Source of the DNA: Frankiales bacterium
GTDB lineage: Bacteria > Actinomycetota > Actinomycetes > Mycobacteriales > SCTD01
NCBI GenBank assembly: GCA_025465135.1
Contig: JAODNA010000064.1
Coordinates: 35 to 64,034, forward strand
Direction of reading: 5' to 3'
DNA length: 64,000 nucleotides
In this document: positions 46,897 to 54,700 of the stretch, piece by piece
How positions within the stretch are numbered: the first letter of the stretch is position 1
How the letters are laid out: each line of letters begins with the position of its first letter
The notes under the pieces: model-generated
What the model was told of the DNA's origin: nothing
Databases searched by the model: none
The model's input: the letters and a program-made list of their open reading frames with translations, nothing else
Translations under genes and position numbers: made by a program

Positions 46897-47067
46897 TCAG
46901 CCGAGCAGTCCCTCGTCGCTCGGCCGGGCTTCGGGTGGCGCGCAGACGCGGCAGTGGCCGGTGCCGGCGCAGGCGACGCACATCGTGGGGATGCCGCTGG
47001 CGTCAGACCGCGCACGGCCGCCACAGATGTGGCACCGCCGCGTTCCGAAGCACCGCTCGCATTCCAT
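46897..47067 (-). CDS. 56-aa four-CxxC (DnaJ zinc-finger-like) miniprotein
   Basis: MECERCFGTRRCHICGG...CVACAGTGHCRVC from ATG 47067. Confidence 0.6.
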   Translation of the reverse strand: MECERCFGTRRCHICGGRARSDASGIPTMCVACAGTGHCRVCAPPEARPSDEGLLG

Positions 47068-47144
47068 GATCAACTCATCGGCGCCGCGGCGCTGTCGAGC
47101 ATGGGCCGAATGCAGGAACGGCAGTAACGATCCGGTCACCGGAG

Positions 47145-48278
47145 CTAGGCCAGCAGCAGCCGGCTGATGATCATCTTCTGGATCTCGGTCGTGCCGCCGC
47201 CGATGCTCGACAGCTTGGCGTCGCGGACCGCGCGCTCGGCGGGGAAGTCCTTGAGGTAGCCGTAGCCGCCGTGGATCTGGACGGACTCGAGCGCATTCTC
47301 GACGCAGAGCTTGCCGACCATCGCCTTGGCCATCGATGCCTCGAGCTGGTGCTCCTTGCCCTGCTCCTTGAGCCACGCGGCCTTGTACACGGCGTTGCGA
47401 CAGGCGTGGTAGTTGATCTCCATCTCGGCGAGCTTGTGGGCGATGGCCTGGAAGTGCGCGATGGGCTTGCCGAACTGCTCGCGCTGCTTGGCGTAGGCGA
47501 CGGCCTCGTCGATGGTCGCGCGCATGCCGCCGATGACGCCGGCCATCATCACCGTGCGCTCCCAGTCGAAGCACTCGAAGGCCACCCGCCAGAGCGCCTC
47601 GCCCTCGATGCTCAGGATGCTGCTCGCCGGCACCCGGCAGTCCTGCAGGTGGATCTCGGCCGTCGGGCTGCTGCGACAGCCCATCTTGTCGAGCTCGCGA
47701 CCGACGACGAAGCCCGGCGTCTTCGTGTCGACGCAGAACGCCGTCGGTCCCTTGTCGGTGCGGGCCAGGACGTTGCAGACGTCGGCGATCGGGCCGTTGG
47801 TGATGAAGATCTTCGTGCCGTTGAGCAGGTAGTCGTCGCCGTCGCGGGTCGCCGTCGTACGGAACGACGCGGCGTCCGAGCCCGACTCGGGCTCGGTGCT
47901 GGCCCAGGCCCCCATGTAGGTGCCGTCGCAGAGCCCTGGCAGCCACCTGCGCTTGAGCTCCTCGCTGCCGTGCAGCCAGATCGGGACGGCGCCGATGACC
48001 CAGTGGGCTCCGAGGCTGAGCCCGAGGCCGCCGTCGTGACCGCCTTCGGAGAGGGCCTCGTTGACGAGGCAGCAGTCGAGGATCGAGCCGCCTGAGCCGC
48101 CGTACTCCTCCGGGATCGGCATGCCGGCCACGCCGGCCGCGGCGAGCTTCGCCCAGACCTCGCGGTCCCAGCGGCCCTCCTTGTCGCGCTCGGCGGCGCC
48201 GGGGGCGACCACGTCGCCGGCCAGGCGGCGCATCGAGTCGTAGAGCGACTGCTGCTCGGGCGTGATCGAGAAGTCCAC
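47145..48278 (-). CDS. acyl-CoA dehydrogenase
   Basis: STEPESGSDA, LNGTKIFITNG, KMG, REQFGKPI..FQ, QIHGGYG, IGGGTTEIQ. Confidence 0.93.
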   Translation of the reverse strand: MDFSITPEQQSLYDSMRRLAGDVVAPGAAERDKEGRWDREVWAKLAAAGVAGMPIPEEYGGSGGSILDCCLVNEALSEGGHDGGLGLSLGAHWVIGAVPIWLHGSEELKRRWLPGLCDGTYMGAWASTEPESGSDAASFRTTATRDGDDYLLNGTKIFITNGPIADVCNVLARTDKGPTAFCVDTKTPGFVVGRELDKMGCRSSPTAEIHLQDCRVPASSILSIEGEALWRVAFECFDWERTVMMAGVIGGMRATIDEAVAYAKQREQFGKPIAHFQAIAHKLAEMEINYHACRNAVYKAAWLKEQGKEHQLEASMAKAMVGKLCVENALESVQIHGGYGYLKDFPAERAVRDAKLSSIGGGTTEIQKMIISRLLLA

Positions 48279-48361
48279 GGCGGGAGCGTACGGCGGCGGG
48301 GAACGCTGAGGGCCACCGCCCGTGGTGCGTGGCGATGGCCCTCGTGCGCGCTCGGTGGTGC

Positions 48362-51034
48362 CTAGTGGACGGGCACCGTGATCACGTTGCTCGTGCCGGA
48401 CGCGTAGGTCAGCGTGTTCGGGGTCGTGGCGACGAACTGGTAGGTCCCGCTGCCGGTGAAGGTGACGGGAGCCCGCCAGCTGGTGGTGCCGTTGCTCGTC
48501 GCCTTCGCCGTCAGGATCGGGCGACCCTGGCCGAGCCGCCAGATGCTGATCGTCTGGCCGTCGACCGGGTGGATCCCACCGCCGAAGACGTAGGTCTTCG
48601 GACCGGTCCGCACCGCACTCAGGGACAGGTTGGCGTGGACCAGGATCTTGACGCTGTTGGACTGCGTCTGCACGCCATCGGCGTACCGCAGGAAGCAGCG
48701 GGTGCTCGCCGGAAGCTTCAGGGTGAAGTTGATCCTGCCGGCGTTGTCGAGCAGGACGGCGGACCGACTCGTCACGTAGGTCGTGGACGGCCGGGTGTAG
48801 CAGCGGAGGTCAACGGGGCTGTTCGGCTCACCCGTCCCCCACAGGTAGGCCTGGTGGCCGGGGGTCAGGGCCTGCTCCGGTGCGACCAGCGTCAGCGCAC
48901 GCCGGGTCGCCGCCGAGGACGACGGGGTCGGGGAAGCGCTCTGCGCTGCCGTCGAAGACGCGGACGGCGACGGGGATGCGGACTCGATGCAGCACGCGCC
49001 GAAGCTGGTCGGCGTCGCGGGCGGGTCCTGCGGCGGCGGCGCGGGGGCTGTCACAGTGGCGACCTCGGAGGTCGCTGTTGCGCCATGGCAGGCGACCGTC
49101 GCGACGTACGAGCCGGGCTGCAGGTGCACCGTCTGCTCGTAGTCGACGTCGTTCGCGGTGGTCGGGTCATCGAGGACGACACCGTCGGCCTTGGAGCCGT
49201 CGGCGTTCGTGATGTCCGTGGTCGGGACGTAGGCGCAGGAGTAGCGGATCGTGAACGGCTGGTCCGACGTACCCGAACCGGGGGTCAGCGTGACCGAGGA
49301 CGGCGGACGGCACGACGGGTCACTCGACGCGACCCAGGTGAGCTTCGCGGTGACCTCACCGACCGCGCCGTCGGTGCCGGTCAGCGTGACGAGGAACTGC
49401 GGAAGACCGGCATCGGTGTTGAGGTCGAGCGTTGTCAGGTCGACGCTGCCGGTGTCGTCCAGGGGCTGGTCGGTCGCACCAGGAATCGGCTGGCCGTCAC
49501 CGTCAAGGAACGACACGGTGCCGGTCGAGTAGGTCTGCCGGTCGGGCGCGAGGATCTGCAGGGTCGTGTAGTTGTTCGGGGCGCACGCCTGGCTCGGAGC
49601 CACGAACCGCGACGCCAGGACGCGGATCGAGCCGGTGCCACACGCACCGCCGCTGTAGGCGTCGAAGTTCTGGATCTGCGCATTCCCACCATCGGCGTTC
49701 AGCCAGATGCAGTCAGGGCGCTGCGGGTCGGCGTTGACCGTGTAGAGGTAGGCCAGGTCGCCGAGCGACGTCTTGGGGAAGTTGACGCAGCTCGCCGCGA
49801 GGTTGAAGTCGTAGCACTGAACCCGATCCGACTGCGAGTTGGTGTTGTTCCACCCCGGATGGCCATGGGGGACGTAGACCCGCGGTCCGAGGACGAAGGC
49901 CGGCCCGTTCCACGGCTCGTTGGGCGTGATCGTCGCCGCGAGGTTCGCCGGGGTCGCGACGACGGCCCCCGCGAGGTCGAAGCAGGGCGTCGCCGACATC
50001 GGGATGCAGACGCCGGTCACCGCTCCGGTGCCGTCGAGCATCGGGAAGGCTGCGCCGTGGTAGCCGGCGAAGTCAGCACCCGCGACCGGCCAGGCACCAG
50101 AGCAGGTGACCTGGGCCAGGCCGTCGAAGCAGGCCACCTTCTGGACGCCGTCGATGTTGACCGGGATGAAGATCTCGTTGCCCGCAGAACCCACGGCGGG
50201 CGGCGGGAAGTCCGAGTTGGACTGCGTGCCCGCGCCGGTCCCGGCGCCCACGTCGACGACGAAAGGCTGCTCCGCACAGGCGGCCTTCGTCTTGAGGTCG
50301 AAGCACAGCATGGTGTTCTTGCCGCCGGTGACGGCGGACCCACTCGCGTAGTTGAACGCGTACCACTTGCTGCCGACCTGGGCCGGAGCGCTGATCGCGC
50401 TGTTGCTGGAGATCGGCGACTCGCCCGCTGCCGTGAGCGCAGTGAAGCCGCAGAACGGGTTGGCGTTGCTGCTCGGCTGCGTCGTGTCCACGCACACGAC
50501 GCCGCCGGTGTGGTCGCGGGACCGCGTCGCGTAGACGAACAGGTGGCCGGAGACCTGGTCGAGCAGGACCCCGGGCTGCCCCGACACGGCGAACCCGCTG
50601 CCGGTGTCGGGGTCCGGGTCGGTGATGGTCTTCGGGCTCCAGCACTGCGAGGCGTCCACCTGGAGGTGGCAGGCCACCTGCAGGGTGCCCTGGTGGTGGA
50701 AGACGTTGTAGACGGAGGTGTCGGTCATCGCCAGGCCCCAGCCGTCGCCGCCGCCGCTGCCGGCGAAGCTCGAGGCTGGCGGGACGGGGGTCGTCTGCGA
50801 AGCGGTGTAAGTCATCGTGGCGGTGCCGGTGTCCGACGTCGTACCGGTCGTCGCCGGCTGCGAGGTGGTGCCCTTCGTCGTCGTCGTACCGGCACTCGCC
50901 GTCTCTGCCGTGGCCGGCAGCGCACTGGCCACCAGGCCGGCTGCGATCAGGCTGCCTGCGCCGAGCAGCGCCGTCCGAACACCGAAGCGACGTCGCCCCG
51001 TTCCGAGCTGATTCGTGCCCCTACGTACGCCCAT
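48362..51034 (-). CDS. Cys-rich secreted protein with the shared C-terminal module
   Basis: Signal peptide; repeated C-F/Y-D..C motifs (propeller-like); Pro/Ser linker; C-terminal module. Confidence 0.85.
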   Translation of the reverse strand: MGVRRGTNQLGTGRRRFGVRTALLGAGSLIAAGLVASALPATAETASAGTTTTKGTTSQPATTGTTSDTGTATMTYTASQTTPVPPASSFAGSGGGDGWGLAMTDTSVYNVFHHQGTLQVACHLQVDASQCWSPKTITDPDPDTGSGFAVSGQPGVLLDQVSGHLFVYATRSRDHTGGVVCVDTTQPSSNANPFCGFTALTAAGESPISSNSAISAPAQVGSKWYAFNYASGSAVTGGKNTMLCFDLKTKAACAEQPFVVDVGAGTGAGTQSNSDFPPPAVGSAGNEIFIPVNIDGVQKVACFDGLAQVTCSGAWPVAGADFAGYHGAAFPMLDGTGAVTGVCIPMSATPCFDLAGAVVATPANLAATITPNEPWNGPAFVLGPRVYVPHGHPGWNNTNSQSDRVQCYDFNLAASCVNFPKTSLGDLAYLYTVNADPQRPDCIWLNADGGNAQIQNFDAYSGGACGTGSIRVLASRFVAPSQACAPNNYTTLQILAPDRQTYSTGTVSFLDGDGQPIPGATDQPLDDTGSVDLTTLDLNTDAGLPQFLVTLTGTDGAVGEVTAKLTWVASSDPSCRPPSSVTLTPGSGTSDQPFTIRYSCAYVPTTDITNADGSKADGVVLDDPTTANDVDYEQTVHLQPGSYVATVACHGATATSEVATVTAPAPPPQDPPATPTSFGACCIESASPSPSASSTAAQSASPTPSSSAATRRALTLVAPEQALTPGHQAYLWGTGEPNSPVDLRCYTRPSTTYVTSRSAVLLDNAGRINFTLKLPASTRCFLRYADGVQTQSNSVKILVHANLSLSAVRTGPKTYVFGGGIHPVDGQTISIWRLGQGRPILTAKATSNGTTSWRAPVTFTGSGTYQFVATTPNTLTYASGTSNVITVPVH

Positions 51035-51742
51035 TTCCGCACATCCCTCTCGTTGTCAGGAGCGGGACGCTAGGGGCTAAAAGTCTGCTTTCTTGCCTGA
51101 TGCACGAAAGATGGCCTTAAGTGATCAGACTGGTGGGCTCAAGGGGTCCGGGCGTGTCACTGACGACCCCCCAGACGGGCACCACACGGTCCTTGCCGAA
51201 GGGACAGCCCGGCTCAGGAGCGCCGCAGCCACAGCTCGCACGAGGGTCCCTTGCCGAGCGAGGCCCGCTCCGCCTCATCCGGCAAGACCGGGCCTGGGTT
51301 ACGTAGTTCTCACCGAAGCGCCACCCCGACGCGCAGGGTGAGGCCCTGCCGAGCAACGCACACAATGACCAGACGACGACACGTCGTCCAACCATGGGAG
51401 CGCAAGCCGAGACCCCCCGTCGGTGCATCTCGGCATCACGGGCCTGGTCACCCCGGGCCCGTCCGTCATGGCCGTGCTGACCCCCGCCGTCACGTACCGC
51501 ATTCGCCGATCCTTCCCGGCTGAGCGCGCGGTCCGCGCGTTGTTGCCCAGGGTAAGGAGGTATTACGGAGTGTTAGGCCGGCCTGATCCGACAGTTCCGA
51601 CTGATGACCTTCGCCCTATCTGGCTCGAATTGAGGGCACAGCGACAGGTGCGAACGAATGATGCAGCTTGCCGTGATCTGCAGAACGTTCCCGACGAGCG
51701 CAGGGAAACCGTTCCCCGCGACCCAGCAAGCCGGGAGCGACG

Positions 51743-54700
51743 ATGCTACGAACGAGTCCGACCAGGACGGCGCCCGACGGCGCTGCCCCCAGCGCGTCAG
51801 CAACGGGCCGGGCCCCCGGCGGATCGGGCCGGCAAGGGGGCGGCCGCTGGCGCGCCATCATCGCGTCGGTCGCCATGCTCGCCGCGTCCGGCGCCGCCAC
51901 GACGCTCACGGCGACGGCGGCATCGGCCACCACCCCCGTCCCGAAGGTCCTCATCAACACCGCGACCGTGTCGAACGGCAGCAGCAGCCTCGAGGCGCAG
52001 CAGGCCGCCGCGGCCGGCTTTGCCGTCACCTTCGTCAGCGGCGCCCAGTGGGGCGCGATGACCGCGGCGGACTTCGGCCAGTACGACGCCCTCGTCGTCG
52101 GCGACCCGACCTGCGGCAGCGTGGATGCGTCCGTCACCAACAACGTGAGCACCTGGGCCCCCGTCGTGATGGGCAAGGCCGGAGGTCGCACCCTGGCCGG
52201 GAACCGCGTCGTCGTCGGAACCGACCCGGTCTTCCACCGGGTGTACAGCGGCCGGACGGGGGCGGACCACCTCATCCAGGACGGCATCGCTTTCGCCGGG
52301 GCCCAGCCCGGCCGCACCGGCGTCTACTTCGACATCACCTGTGGCGGGACGCCCGCGTCCATCACGGGCGCCCTCGGCGCCCTGAGCGCCGGAACGGGCG
52401 CCTGGACGGGCGGTGCCACCAGCTGCGGGAACAACGTCTCCAAGATCGCGAGCAACAGCAAGTTCGACTCCCTGACCAGCGCCGACATGCAGGCCTGGGG
52501 CTGCTCCATCCACGAGACGTTCGCGTCGTGGGCCTCCGACTGGTACCCCCTGGCGATTGACATCGACTCGGTTGCCAAGCCCGTGTGCGGCAACGACACC
52601 ACGTCCCATGCCGCCGTCTGCGGTACGCCGTACATCCTCATCGCCGGGTCCGACATCGTGGTGACCTCGCCGAACCTCAAGCTGACCCCCGCGACCGCCA
52701 CGAACCCGGCGGGTAGCACTCACACCGTCACGGCGAACGTCCTGCGCGCCGGCGCGCCACTCGTCGGTCAGCAGGTCACCTTCTCCGTCACCGGCATCAA
52801 CGCCGGCGCCACCGGAACCTGCGGAACCAACGCCAACTGCACCAGTGACGCGAGCGGAAATGTCAGCTTCACCTACACGGACACGAACGGCGCAGGCGAC
52901 GACACGGTCACTGCGGCCTTCAGGGACAGCGCGACCGGTAGCAACCAGTCGGCGACCGCCGCCGTGCACTGGAGCGCGGCTCCCCAGACCATCACGGTGA
53001 CGCCGGCCAACCGGACCATCACGTACGGCGGCTCCGAGCCGGTGTTCACGTCGACTTCCGCGAGCAGCGGCAGTCACACCCTGACGACGCCAGCGACCTG
53101 CTCGGTGGCGGGCGCGCACGTCAACGTCGGCACCTACACGATCACCTGCTCGGGCGCCACGGCGCCGAGCGGCGACACGATCGTCTACAACACCGGAACG
53201 CTCACGATCAACCCGGCTCCGTTCACGGTCACCGCAAAGAACCAGACCGTTGCGTACGGCGCCACGGTGCCCGTGCTCGACACGGTCATCACCGGCCTGC
53301 CGGCCGGTGTGACGGTCAACGGCCCGAGCTGCTCCACGGCCGCCAGCCCCCCCGCCGGCAGCTACCCGATCACGTGCTCGGCCGCCGACGCGGGTCCGAA
53401 CTACCGGGCCTCCTACATCGACGGCACCCTGACCGTCGTGCGCGCGCCCGCCACCATCACGGCCGACAGCAAGACCCGGCCGTACGGCGCGCCCAACCCC
53501 GAGCTGACCTACGCCGTCAGCGGCCTGCAGGGCAGCGACGCCTTGAGGGTGCCGCCCACCTGCGCTGTCTCTGGCGGTATGAACGCCGGCACGGCACCGA
53601 TCACCTGCGTCGGTGCGTCCGCCGGCCCGAACTACACCCTCAGCTACGCACCGGGTTCCCTCACCGTAAGTCCGGCGGTCATCACCGTCACCGCTGACAG
53701 CGTCTCCAGCACGTACGGCGACAAGGCGCCTGACTTCACGGCGACCGTCCGCGGTCTGGTGGCCGGCGACGCCCTCCGGACGCCACCGAGCTGCGACGTC
53801 TCCGTCCCGCACACCGGCGCGAACGCTTATGTCGTCGCCTGCAGTGGCGCCGACGCGGGAACGAACTACACGATCAACTACGTCAACGGCACGTACACGG
53901 TCGCCAAGGCCAACGGCATCGTGACGCCAGACCCGAAGACCCGCCTCTACGGCGCCCCAGACCCGACGTTCACCTACTCCGTGTCAGGTCTGCTGGCCGG
54001 CGAGAGCCTCACCAGAGAGCCGACCTGCCAGGTCGGGGTCGCGCACACGGACGCCGGCAGCTACGGCATTGCCTGCACCGGCGCCGATGGCGGCGACAAC
54101 TACACGGTCGACGAGACGGCCACCGCGCCGCTCGTCGTACAGCCCAGGCCCATGTCCGTCGTGCCGAACAACGTCACGACGACCTACGGCACGGCGCCGA
54201 TCTTCACCTGGACCACCGACGGGCTCCTGACCGGCGACGCCCTCATCGCGCCCGCAGTCTGCGGTGTCGAGGGCGAGCACAGCGCCGCAGGCACGTACCC
54301 GATCACCTGCACGGGTGCCGACGCCGGGGGCAACTACGCCATCGCCGTCACCAAGGCAACGCTCACCGTGCAGCCCAAGAACGTGACGGTCACCCCCAGC
54401 GATGCCACGCGTGTCTACGGCGCGGCTGACCCGGCCTTCACCCCCTCCATCGACGGGCTGGTCGGCGCCGACAGCCTGCCCACACCGCCCTCCTGCTCGG
54501 TGATGAGTGCGCACGACGTCGTCGGCAGCTACGACATCGTCTGCGCCGGCGCCGACGGTGGGAACAACTACACGGTCAACCAGGCCGCCACGGCGACGCT
54601 CACCGTCACCAGGGCACCCCTGAGCGTCGTCGCGGACAGCTTCAGCCGCCACTACAACCAGGCCAACCCCACCTTCACGGGGAAGGTCGACGGTGCGGTC

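Noticed and set aside
42597-51073. Long + strand ORFs (713, 582 and 914 aa)
   Set aside because: Arg/Gly-rich antisense shadows of real GC3-biased minus-strand genes
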